NCBI GenBank assembly: GCA_020630195.1
Contig: JAHDBV010000003.1
Location: 74,043-138,042 of the forward strand
Direction of reading: 5' to 3'
DNA: 64,000 nt
Source of the DNA: Acidimicrobiales bacterium
Lineage (GTDB): Bacteria > Actinomycetota > Acidimicrobiia > Acidimicrobiales > SZUA-35
In this document: piece after piece, positions 1 to 8,679 of the stretch
How positions within the stretch are numbered: position 1 is the stretch's first letter
Layout: every line of letters starts with the position of its first letter
Made by a program: the position numbers and the translations under genes
The notes under the pieces: model-generated
Databases searched by the model: none
Told to the model about the DNA's origin: nothing
What the model saw: the letters and a program-made list of their open reading frames with translations, nothing else

Positions 1-2
1 TC

Positions 3-281
3 ACCCGGGCGTCGTCGTTCAACGACGGCGAGCTGCGGGTCGACGTCGCCACCGCCGGCTTCGAGATCGGTGACAAGGAACTCGTCGTGCTCTGCGACGG
101 CGAGCCCGTGGCCGAGCGCACGGTCACCTTCGTGCTCCCGGTCGACGAGGGTGGCGGTGGTGGATCCCGCTCCCTCGTGGTGGTCATGTTGTTCGCCCTC
201 GCCTCGGCCGGGGCATGGGTGGTCACCAATCAGGCATCCGGGGCGAACTCGGTCGGACGGAAGGAAGAGGTGGCGGCGTGA
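3..281 (+). CDS. 3' part of a secreted/membrane-anchored protein (5' truncated by window)
   Basis: Frame open from position 3 (TRASSFNDGELRVDVAT...), C-terminal hydrophobic helix; TGA overlaps next GTG (GTGA). Confidence 0.7.
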   Translation, partial: TRASSFNDGELRVDVATAGFEIGDKELVVLCDGEPVAERTVTFVLPVDEGGGGGSRSLVVVMLFALASAGAWVVTNQASGANSVGRKEEVAA

Positions 282-1093
282 AGCGTCTCACCGGAATGCT
301 GTTGATCGTGGCCGTGCTGTTGCTCGGCCCCGCCGCCGGAGCCCAGAGCGAACCGGTGCTCGAGCTCGAGTCGTCGATCGACGGGCGTGACACCGACGGT
401 GCGGGCAACCGCGATCCGATCGTGTTGGACCCCAACGAGGAGATCCTGCTCCGGATCGACGTCACCAACCCGACGCCGTCGGCGGTCCAGGTCGACCGGG
501 TCCGGATGGAGGGTGAGGCGATGGGCCTCACCTTCCTCGTCTACGACACCGGTGTCTCGTTCTCGGTCCCGGCCGGCGCCACCCGCGCGATCGAGTTCCC
601 GCTCGACTTCTTCGACCTCGAGAACCAGGCCACTGGCTACCTCTCGACCTCGATCAAGCTCTACACCGAGGACCGCACCGAGTTGGCCTCGAACGAGTTC
701 GTGACCGACGTGCGTGGTCGCACCATCTCGACGCTCGGGTTGTTCGCACTCTTCGCACTCGTGTTCACCGCCATCGCCGTGGCCGTGCTGTTGTGGACGA
801 TCGCCAAGCGACGCCTGTCGGTGAACCGGGCGTTCCGAGGCCTGCAGTTCGTGCTCGTCGGCATCGGTGTCGGCCTGTGTCTCGCCATCGGTCTCGCCGT
901 GCTGCGCATCGTGGCCGTGCCGGCGACGGCGTCGCTGATCCTGTTGCTCGTGCCGACGGTGGGTGCGTTCGCACTCGGCTACGCCATGCCCGGGTTCCTC
1001 AGCTCCTACGCCGACGAGGAAGACCTCGACGACGGTGAGGTGTTCGATCTCACCGACGACGCCGACGAGCGCACCACGGTGCTCGACGGCTGA
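278..1093 (+). CDS. membrane protein: signal peptide, beta-rich extracellular domain, 3 C-terminal TM helices, acidic tail
   Basis: GTG at 278 after GAGGTGG; MKRLTGMLLIVAVLLLGPAAGA signal peptide; three hydrophobic segments. Confidence 0.8.
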   Translation: MKRLTGMLLIVAVLLLGPAAGAQSEPVLELESSIDGRDTDGAGNRDPIVLDPNEEILLRIDVTNPTPSAVQVDRVRMEGEAMGLTFLVYDTGVSFSVPAGATRAIEFPLDFFDLENQATGYLSTSIKLYTEDRTELASNEFVTDVRGRTISTLGLFALFALVFTAIAVAVLLWTIAKRRLSVNRAFRGLQFVLVGIGVGLCLAIGLAVLRIVAVPATASLILLLVPTVGAFALGYAMPGFLSSYADEEDLDDGEVFDLTDDADERTTVLDG

Positions 1094-1108
1094 CGCCGAG
1101 CGGCTCGC

Positions 1109-2104
1109 TCAGAGCTCGACCCGGTCCCACAGCACCGGGTAGACGAAGTGGGGGCCTTCGATGCCCTTCAGCTCGAGATCGAGGGGATCGGCCATCGGGA
1201 TGTCCCCCCGGCTGGCCACCATCTCCTTCGTGAGCGACGAGATGTAGAGATCGCCGCCGTCGGCGTGGTTGGCGATCCGCGCCGCCTTGATCACGTGCTG
1301 GCCGAAGAGGTTGCCCTTGTGGGCGATCACCTCGCCCGTGTGCATCCCGATGCGGACCTTCAAGGCACGCTCGGGGTCGTCGACGGCCCAGCGGGCGAGG
1401 TCCTGCTGCACGGCGGCCATGGCCCGCACGGCCCGGCGAGCCCCGGGGAACGTGAGCATGAAGCCGTCGCCCTGGTTCTCGACCTCGGTGCCTCCGGCTT
1501 CGGCCACCCGGCGCCGGATGATCTCGTGATGCTTGGTGAGCGACTGGAACCAGAACTCGTCACCCAGGCGGATGGCGGCCTTGGTGCCCTCCTCGACATC
1601 GGAGAACACGATCGTGATCGTGCCTTCGTCGTCGGAGAGCGGGGCCTTCATCGCCGCGATGTCGGGGATCGAGGCGACGACCTTGTCGATCGAGGTCTCC
1701 CGGCCGACGTTGCCGCTCACGGGGCGGACGACCCCGGCGGCGATCGTGGCGTCGTGGCGGGGTGGTGCCCCGGCCCCGCCGGCGGTGGCCCGGGTGTTCA
1801 CCGCGGCGTCGGGCGGCGGGAGCACCTCGATACGGACCCCACCGAGCTCGATCGACGAGCCGGGTCGGGCGAGCATCGGCATCGTGGCCGGCTGGCCGTC
1901 GACGATGGTGCCGTTGGTCGAACCGAGGTCCTCGACCGAGACGCCACCGCCGCTCTCGGGCTGGAGGCGCAGGTGGCGGCGGGAGATGGCGGGGTCGTCG
2001 AGGAGGAGCCCGTTGCACTCGCGTCCGATCTCGAGGGGTTCCCGGATCTGGAGATGGAGCGTGGTGCAGTCGGCTCGACGCACGGCGATCAACGGATGCG
2101 ACAT
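1109..2104 (-). CDS. FHA-domain class III nucleotide cyclase
   Basis: FHA motifs IGR, ISRRH, DLGSTNGT; cyclase motifs IVFSDV, QGDGFM, RIGMHTGEV, AARI. Confidence 0.9.
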   Translation of the reverse strand: MSHPLIAVRRADCTTLHLQIREPLEIGRECNGLLLDDPAISRRHLRLQPESGGGVSVEDLGSTNGTIVDGQPATMPMLARPGSSIELGGVRIEVLPPPDAAVNTRATAGGAGAPPRHDATIAAGVVRPVSGNVGRETSIDKVVASIPDIAAMKAPLSDDEGTITIVFSDVEEGTKAAIRLGDEFWFQSLTKHHEIIRRRVAEAGGTEVENQGDGFMLTFPGARRAVRAMAAVQQDLARWAVDDPERALKVRIGMHTGEVIAHKGNLFGQHVIKAARIANHADGGDLYISSLTKEMVASRGDIPMADPLDLELKGIEGPHFVYPVLWDRVEL

Positions 2105-2209
2105 GGATCCTCCCGGAAGATCCCCCGAACCTACTCGGCGGCAGCCGGTCGGTGTGCCGCCGGGTGGTCCCGGTTCGGGGCTCTACGCTCGCAGCAGCAG
2201 TGCTGTCCG

Positions 2210-2298
2210 GCCCGGGTGGCGAAACTGGCAGACGCAGAGGGCTTAAACCCCTCGGACCGGCAACGGTCGTGCGGGTTCGAACCCCGCCCCGGGCACCA
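2210..2298 (+). tRNA. tRNA-Leu(UAA), bldA-type isoacceptor
   Basis: Acceptor stem GCCCGGG/CCCGGGC, anticodon stem GAGGG/CCCTC with loop CT-TAA-AC, long variable arm, GGTTCGAA T-loop, encoded CCA. Confidence 0.97.
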
Positions 2299-2402
2299 AT
2301 CTGGGAGGCATGCATATGCGACTCCGAGCGCTCTTCTTCGCTGGCGCGCTGATCATGCACAGCTTCGTGCAGCTGCTCGTTGCGGCCACCGTCGGTTCCG
2401 TG

Positions 2403-2597
2403 ATGGACACAGACGACATACAGAAGTTCGGACGCATCGCGATCGTGACGTGGCTGTTCGGTGCAGCGGGGCTCGCGGTCGTGTCAGTCTGGGACGACCC
2501 GAATCGTTGGCGACCGATGCTGGCGCTCTCGGTCATCAGCGTCGCAGCGGTCGTGCTGGGACTGGTCGGGCTCGTGGTCTTCTCACCACCGAGCTGA
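2403..2597 (+). CDS. small two-TM membrane protein
   Basis: Two hydrophobic helices; start uncertain (2310/2400/2403). Confidence 0.5.
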   Translation: MDTDDIQKFGRIAIVTWLFGAAGLAVVSVWDDPNRWRPMLALSVISVAAVVLGLVGLVVFSPPS

Positions 2598-2734
2598 CTG
2601 CTCGGCACGGGAAAGGTGGAGACGATGAAGAGGTCGATCGTTGGTGAACGTTTCGTGTGCCTGTCTCTGAGGCCTGCGTGAACGTCGTCGGGCGGGGCGG
2701 CGATCACCGGGCGAAGGGGGCAAGACGAGGGGCC

Positions 2735-3259
2735 TTGCTGACGGCTGCCCGCAGAGCGGCTGCTGTTGTTGTGATGGCGGGCTGTGTCGCCGCTTGCAGC
2801 TCGGCCGCCGCTCCCGCTGATGACGCTCTTCCCGTTGACGCCGCACCAGCACCAACGACGACGAACCCGTCAGGCCCGTACTCGCAGTGCGTCCCCGACG
2901 GCCCGGCCAACCTTGAGGTCGAGAATGTGACCGTCAACCCCGAGCGAATCGTCGTCGGCGGCTCAGCGACGATCGTGTGGGACTTCGACGCCATGGAGAT
3001 CGGCGTCTCCCCCGATCTGGTCGTGTGGTGCTGGGACTCGGAGCAGTGGCATGCGGCCTGGCTGCTGCTCGACGTGGTCGGGTCTCCGTCGATCATTCCA
3101 CTCGAACCCGGGCAGGACGTCGCACTCCCCGATGCTTCCGTCGGTGGCGTTGGTCGTCTGCTCGTCCCGACGGATGCTCCTCCGGGCACCTACATGATCG
3201 AAGGCACCTCTTTCCGGGGACTCTTTGCGGTCATCGAGGCGGCCGAATCGGACGGGTAG
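2735..3259 (+). CDS. putative lipoprotein with Ig-like domain
   Basis: Lipobox-like VAAC followed by A/P/T linker and beta-rich domain (PTDAPPGTY); start uncertain. Confidence 0.55.
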   Translation: MLTAARRAAAVVVMAGCVAACSSAAAPADDALPVDAAPAPTTTNPSGPYSQCVPDGPANLEVENVTVNPERIVVGGSATIVWDFDAMEIGVSPDLVVWCWDSEQWHAAWLLLDVVGSPSIIPLEPGQDVALPDASVGGVGRLLVPTDAPPGTYMIEGTSFRGLFAVIEAAESDG

Positions 3260-3370
3260 CCGGAGCCCCGAGACCCGCCCTTCGAGGTGGGAGTGGAGCT
3301 GACCGTTCGAGTCGCCACACCGCTCGACGCATGGTCGTGGACATCGGCCAGAGTGCGCGAAACGCACGGA

Positions 3371-3736
3371 TCAAGCCGGTGCGAACTCACGGAAGACCAG
3401 GACGGCGCCGGCGAGTGCGCCGAGCTGGCCGAGCGCCATGGCCTGCACCCCGGTGCGGCCGAGCCGACGCCCCACGAGGTGGCCCGAACCGGCGAGCACG
3501 ACGCCTAACCCTGTGAGGAAGAACCACAGGAGGATCAGGCCGGCCCGGTTGGCGGCCGTGATGCCGTGAACCGCGGCGTCGTACCGGCTCACTGCCAGAC
3601 GGAGTCCCACCGACGACCACACGAGCGCACTGACCATCGTGACCAGCAACAGCGCCACCCCGATCGTGTGATGGAGGAGCCGGGCTCCGGCCACGTACGG
3701 CTGGTCGGCGGGGATCAAGGGCTCGGTGCGATCCAT
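3371..3736 (-). CDS. three-TM membrane protein (contains a TTA codon)
   Basis: ATG preceded by TACGTT-N7; three hydrophobic segments; TTA at 3506-3508. Confidence 0.65.
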   Translation of the reverse strand: MDRTEPLIPADQPYVAGARLLHHTIGVALLLVTMVSALVWSSVGLRLAVSRYDAAVHGITAANRAGLILLWFFLTGLGVVLAGSGHLVGRRLGRTGVQAMALGQLGALAGAVLVFREFAPA

Positions 3737-3844
3737 GCAGTGCAACGTAGGACGGGGTCGGTGTGGGGCCCGTTGAGGTGCGGTGCGGATTGTGCGGAGC
3801 CTCAACCGGCGCCGGCGGACTCGGGATGCAGCAGACTCGGTGTC

Positions 3845-4252
3845 GTGTCCGAGCCCACCGCCATCGGTCCCTACCGATTCTTGCTCCGGATCGCGTCGAT
3901 CCTGGCCTCCGTCGTGGCGGTGATGATCCTGCTCGGCTCGCTCGGCCTCGGACCCCGAGCGATCCTTCTCGTGCCTGTCTGGGCCGGCCTTTGTCTCATC
4001 GCCCATCGGGCATGGACCGTTGCGATCCGTCGGGACTCCGAGGGCTTCGTGATCCGAAACGTATGGTCCACCGTCGTCGTGCCGGTGCCCGACGTTCGCC
4101 GCGCCCACCTCCGTGCGCCGCTGAGTGCGGTCCTCGTCCGCGTTGTCGAACTGGAGCTGGTCGACGGCCGGCGGGTGACGGTGAGCGCGCTGAGCCTGCC
4201 TGGGCGGCGACATGAGATCGACGACCTGCTGGGGGTCACGCTCAGTCCGTGA
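3845..4252 (+). CDS. membrane protein with bacterial PH-like domain
   Basis: Two TM helices then DSEGFVIRNVWSTVVVP...LELVDGRRV, a bPH-like pattern. Confidence 0.65.
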   Translation: MSEPTAIGPYRFLLRIASILASVVAVMILLGSLGLGPRAILLVPVWAGLCLIAHRAWTVAIRRDSEGFVIRNVWSTVVVPVPDVRRAHLRAPLSAVLVRVVELELVDGRRVTVSALSLPGRRHEIDDLLGVTLSP

Positions 4253-4561
4253 AGCGCCGGCTCACCTCCGCCTTGGGCGCTCGTGCGACCGTTCGTCTCC
4301 CGTCACTCAGCTCCTCGCCGAGGAAGCGGATGCGGTGTTCCAGCTGACGATCGGTCGGTGCCGGTTCCGCACGATGAGGATCGGTCAACGGTTGTGCCGT
4401 CGTGGACCGTTTCGCCGACCGCGAAGTCCACCGCCGCAGAGGGCTCGGCCCCGCCCGGGTGGCGGGTGGATCGCAGGTGACCGCCGGATGGTGCCAGCAC
4501 TAGGGTGCGGCGGCCCCGGACAACCGTCCGGCGGCGGTGATCGAACGGACGGAGTCCGCCG

Positions 4562-5866
4562 GTGCGACGGCTGCTCGGATACCAGACCGAAGCGATCGAG
4601 ATCGACGGGGTCGACGCGCTGGCCGTCCACCGTCGGACGCTGCGGGTGCTGCGCCTGTCCTCGACGTTCAGCCGCGGTGCGTTCTCCGCCGCCTTCCCGG
4701 TTTCGGTCCTGGCGATCAAGGACCTGCTCGGCTCCGAGACCTGGGCCGGGTTGTCCACCGGGTTCAGCACCCTCGGCTCCGCGCTCGCCGCCGGATGGCT
4801 GGCCGCCTTCATGCAGCGGCGGGGGCGGACCCCCGGCCTCACCCTCGGCCTGGCCGTGGCCGCCGTCGGTGCCGGGGTCTGCATCGTGTCGATCCAGGCA
4901 GGGGTGCTGCCGCTGTTCCTGCTCGGCATGGCCCTCATCGGTGTGGGCTCGGGCACGTCGAACATGTCCCGCTACGCCGCCGCCGATCTCGCCGCCGACA
5001 CCACCCGCAGCCGCGACATCGGCTCGGTCGTGTTCTTCGCCACCTTCGGTGCCGTGCTCGCCCCGCTCACGATCGGGGGCTTGGCGACCTTCGCCGAGTC
5101 TCTCGGGCTCGACGGCAACGCCGGCGGATTCCTGCTGGCCGCCGCGCTGTCGATCACCTCGGCCGCGGTCATCTGGTTCTTCATGCGGCCCGACCCACTC
5201 GTCGTCAACGGTGGCATCACGAAGGCGTCGCCGTCGTCGGCAGCCGCACCTGCGGAGGCACCCGTGTCGTTCCGCGAAGCCGTCGCGATCGTGTGGGCCA
5301 ACCCCCTGGCCCGGCTCGCCTTCGCCGGTCTCGTCGTCTCCCAGGCCGTGATGGTGATGGTCATGGCGATGACGCCGCTCCACATGGAGGACCACGGCCA
5401 CAGCAAGGGCTGGATCGGTGCGGTCATCTCGGCCCACACGGCCGGCATGTTCGCCTTCGCTCCGCTCGCCGGTCGCCTCTCGGACGGGATCGGTCGGGTG
5501 AAGACCGTCGTGCTCGGCGGTGTCACGCTGCTCGTGGCCACGGCGTTCACCGCCCTTGCGGGCGATGCACCGCGGGTGTTGCTGTTCCCGGGTCTGTTCC
5601 TGCTCGGGCTCGGGTGGAGCCTCGGGATCGTCGCCTCGAGCGCCCTGCTGACCGAGTCGGTGGCGGAGTCCCGACGGGTGGCCGTGCAGGGAGCGGCCGA
5701 CCTGGCCACCAACCTCGCCAGCGGTGTCGGAGCGCTCGCCGCGGGCATCGTCGTGAGTGGTGCGGGCTACCACATCCTCTCGATGCTCGGGATGGCCGCC
5801 GCCGGTGGCTTGATGATCCACTCGTGGGTCCAGAACCGCCTCGCCGTCGGTCTCCGACCGGCCTAG
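4562..5866 (+). CDS. MFS transporter
   Basis: About 12 TM segments; MQRRGR and GRLSDGIGR motif A; SRYAAAD. Confidence 0.9.
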   Translation: MRRLLGYQTEAIEIDGVDALAVHRRTLRVLRLSSTFSRGAFSAAFPVSVLAIKDLLGSETWAGLSTGFSTLGSALAAGWLAAFMQRRGRTPGLTLGLAVAAVGAGVCIVSIQAGVLPLFLLGMALIGVGSGTSNMSRYAAADLAADTTRSRDIGSVVFFATFGAVLAPLTIGGLATFAESLGLDGNAGGFLLAAALSITSAAVIWFFMRPDPLVVNGGITKASPSSAAAPAEAPVSFREAVAIVWANPLARLAFAGLVVSQAVMVMVMAMTPLHMEDHGHSKGWIGAVISAHTAGMFAFAPLAGRLSDGIGRVKTVVLGGVTLLVATAFTALAGDAPRVLLFPGLFLLGLGWSLGIVASSALLTESVAESRRVAVQGAADLATNLASGVGALAAGIVVSGAGYHILSMLGMAAAGGLMIHSWVQNRLAVGLRPA

Positions 5867-5881
5867 AGCGACCGAGGCCGC

Positions 5882-6751
5882 TCAGCCGGGCCAGCGACGC
5901 CAGCGGGACGGTCGGGCGTCGAACAGGGGAAGCAGGGCGATCCCGGTCACGTGGTACGGGAACACGATGAACATCGTGGCCGCCACGCCGAGGTGCATCG
6001 CGAGGACCGCCACGATCCACCCCGTGCGCCAGCGGTCGCCGAGCAGCGCGATCGGCGCACCGAGTTCGACGGCGACCACCACGACGGCTCCGACCGTCAG
6101 GGCGGGCCCGAGGGCCAGGGCGGCGTCGGCGAGGAACGGGGTGCGTTCACCGAAGACCTCGAGCCGGGTGGCGGAGAAGGCGATGTGGTTGCCGAGCGTG
6201 TCGCCCCTCAGCCACTCGAGGCCGCCGATCCGGAGCTTGGCCACCCCGGCGAGCACGTAGGTGGCGATCGTGAGCACCGCGGCCAGCCGGAGCGGGTGGC
6301 CGTATCGCATGGCCGGCTCGTCGTCTCCGGCCGACCAGTCGCCGAGACGCCAGGCGTCGGCGGCGGGTGCGAAGGCGACGACGAGCGCGTGCAGCGCGAT
6401 GAGCGGCTCGAACCAGAGGATCTGGCCGTACGACGACCGGGCGGCGAGCAGCAGCAGGGTCGCCACGCCGAACACCGGTCCGATGACCCGATGCCACACA
6501 CCGGCGGCGACCATCGCGCCCGTCACGACCACGATGCCGACCAGGACGACGAGCACGGGGTCCATCGGCGCCCGATCGAGCCAGGCCCATGGTCCGACGC
6601 CGTCCCACTCAGCCGGGGGCCGGTCCCGGAGGCCGAGGAACACGGGAGATCGAACGGCGACGTAGATCGTGACGAACCCGGCGACGAGGATGCGCCACAA
6701 CGCCAGCCGTTCCGCCACGGCGACCGGGGTGAGGGTCAGCCGATCGCGCAT
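5882..6751 (-). CDS. HTTM-domain membrane protein
   Basis: YVLAGVAKLRIGGLEWLRG and MHLGVAATM motifs typical of HTTM / gamma-carboxylase-like TM domain. Confidence 0.7.
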   Translation of the reverse strand: MRDRLTLTPVAVAERLALWRILVAGFVTIYVAVRSPVFLGLRDRPPAEWDGVGPWAWLDRAPMDPVLVVLVGIVVVTGAMVAAGVWHRVIGPVFGVATLLLLAARSSYGQILWFEPLIALHALVVAFAPAADAWRLGDWSAGDDEPAMRYGHPLRLAAVLTIATYVLAGVAKLRIGGLEWLRGDTLGNHIAFSATRLEVFGERTPFLADAALALGPALTVGAVVVVAVELGAPIALLGDRWRTGWIVAVLAMHLGVAATMFIVFPYHVTGIALLPLFDARPSRWRRWPG

Positions 6752-7152
6752 CGGGCCAGCACTTCCCGTTCGAGTCGCTCGCCGCTGCGGAGCTCGATCG
6801 TCAGCCGCACGACCTCGACGACCTCGGCTCGTCGGAACCGCTCGTCGTCGTCGGCCACCCGGGTGGCGATCCTGGCGCACGTGGTGGCGAGCTCGCCCCG
6901 GGCCTCGCTGTCACGCAGTCGGCCCTGTGCCACCAGCGGGTCGTCGGTCTCGGCGATGAGGGCGAGTGACAGCGTGGCCGGCTGCCCGTCGGCCACGGCC
7001 TCGACGGTGCGGAAGACCGCCACGTCGCCCCGATCGTGGGCGTACATCGGATGGGTCGACAGCGGGAAGGAGTCCCGGTCGGTGACGAGCGGCGACAGCA
7101 CGAGCGCCAGCACGGCGAGCGAGAGCGCCGACCGCCATCGCCGCTCGCGCAT
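6736..7152 (-). CDS. HTTM-associated secreted/membrane protein
   Basis: N-terminal TM then DSFPLSTHPMY; overlaps HTTM gene start. Confidence 0.7.
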   Translation of the reverse strand: MRERRWRSALSLAVLALVLSPLVTDRDSFPLSTHPMYAHDRGDVAVFRTVEAVADGQPATLSLALIAETDDPLVAQGRLRDSEARGELATTCARIATRVADDDERFRRAEVVEVVRLTIELRSGERLEREVLARCAIG

Positions 7153-7161
7153 CGTCGGGTC

Positions 7162-8637
7162 TCAGGCGGCGGGCCAGAACCCCGGCAGGGGAGCGGTCAC
7201 ACCACCGGCGGCGTAGGCACGGAGACGCGTCTCGGCGGCTTCGTCGAACAGCTCGATGACGTCGAACACCGCACCCGGGCCGGCGGCCCGCAACGACTGA
7301 TCGGTCGGCGAACCCGGCTTCGGGGCGGTGGTGGTCACGGCGAGCACCCTGGCGCCGGGGTGTTTGCCCCGCAGCACCTGAGCCCGACCGAGGAGGCGCC
7401 ACAGGGTGTCCGGGCGCTGGAGTCCGGGCCGGCTCGTCGTGAAGGTGCCGGCGAGGTCGATCCACCATTCGCCGCCGTCGGCGTCGGTGGCGAGGAAGGA
7501 GAACTCGATGCCGGCACCCCGGACCTTCGGGCCCTTGCGGAGCTCGAAACCGGCCCGTTCCAACATGGCGGCCGCGAGGTCGTTGGCCCGTTTGCCGGCG
7601 TCGACGGCACGGGCCTGGGCCAGGTCCTGGCGTTCGTCGTGCACGAGGTCGTCGATCGCACGGTCGTCGCCGTCGCCGGTGGCCATCTCGAGGCGCTCGA
7701 CACGGGCCAGTTCCTCGGCGAGACGTTCCTCCGACAGCGCCACGTAGGCGGGGTCGAGGTCGTAGCCGACCCCGATCCGGCCCGTTCGGGCGGCGGCGAC
7801 GAGCGTGGTGCCGGAGCCGAGGAACGGATCGAGGACCAGGTCGCCGACGTAGGTGTAGAGGTCGATGAGTCGCCGCGGGAGTTCGACGGGGAACGGTGCG
7901 GGATGGCCGATGCGGGTGGCCGACTCGGGCGGCATGTCCCACACGTCGTTGGTGACGGCGATGAACTCGTCGTTCGTGATCGTCGAGACGTGGGGGAGCC
8001 CGGCCGCGGCCCGCTTCTTCGGTGGCAAGGCCCGCTGGAAGGCGCCCTTCGAGGCGATGATCACCCGCTCGGTGTTGTCCCGCAGCACCGGGTTCGAGGC
8101 CTTCGCGAACGAACCCCATGCGCACGACCCGCCGGCGGCCTCGGCCTTCTGCCAGATGACCTCACCCCGCAGCAACAGACCGAGGTCGTCCTGGAGGATC
8201 GTGATCACGTCGCTCGCGAGGCTGCGGTAGGGCTTGCGTCCGAGATTGGCGACGTTCACCGCGATGCGCCCACCCGGTTCGAGCACCCGGGCGCATTCCG
8301 CGAACACGTCCCGTAGGAGCTCGAGGTACTCGACATACGTGGTGGGGATCCGACCGTCGTCGCCGGTGACGGCGAGTTCGTAGTCCTTGCCGACGAAGTA
8401 GGGCGGTGAGGTCACCACGAGGGCGACCGAGTTGTCGGGCAGCTGGGCCATGTCGGTCGACGACCCGGCGAAGGCCCGACCCGTGCCGAGTGCGTCGATC
8501 AGCTCGGCCGGCCGGTTCACCGTGGTGTCATCAGACAGCGTCGGCGCCGTGAACCGTTCGTAGAACGACGAGGCGTCATGGCTCTCGCGACGGGACGTGC
8601 CGAAGCTCGTGGTGCGCGTCCCCCGCGGTCGGTCCAT
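7162..8637 (-). CDS. beta-class N4-C/N6-A DNA methyltransferase with C-terminal restriction-endonuclease-like domain
   Basis: Motif IV TSPPY precedes HPAPFP and motif I DPFLGSGTT; extra C-terminal domain of about 170 aa. Confidence 0.9.
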   Translation of the reverse strand: MDRPRGTRTTSFGTSRRESHDASSFYERFTAPTLSDDTTVNRPAELIDALGTGRAFAGSSTDMAQLPDNSVALVVTSPPYFVGKDYELAVTGDDGRIPTTYVEYLELLRDVFAECARVLEPGGRIAVNVANLGRKPYRSLASDVITILQDDLGLLLRGEVIWQKAEAAGGSCAWGSFAKASNPVLRDNTERVIIASKGAFQRALPPKKRAAAGLPHVSTITNDEFIAVTNDVWDMPPESATRIGHPAPFPVELPRRLIDLYTYVGDLVLDPFLGSGTTLVAAARTGRIGVGYDLDPAYVALSEERLAEELARVERLEMATGDGDDRAIDDLVHDERQDLAQARAVDAGKRANDLAAAMLERAGFELRKGPKVRGAGIEFSFLATDADGGEWWIDLAGTFTTSRPGLQRPDTLWRLLGRAQVLRGKHPGARVLAVTTTAPKPGSPTDQSLRAAGPGAVFDVIELFDEAAETRLRAYAAGGVTAPLPGFWPAA

Positions 8638-8679
8638 TCGACGAGGCTACGGCACCGCGGCGCGCGCCCGGTGGCCCGC

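Noticed and set aside
3285-3330. tRNA-like fragment (GTGGAGCTGACCGTTCGAGTCG) as possible att site
   Set aside because: No real identity to the tRNA-Leu 3' end and no cloverleaf
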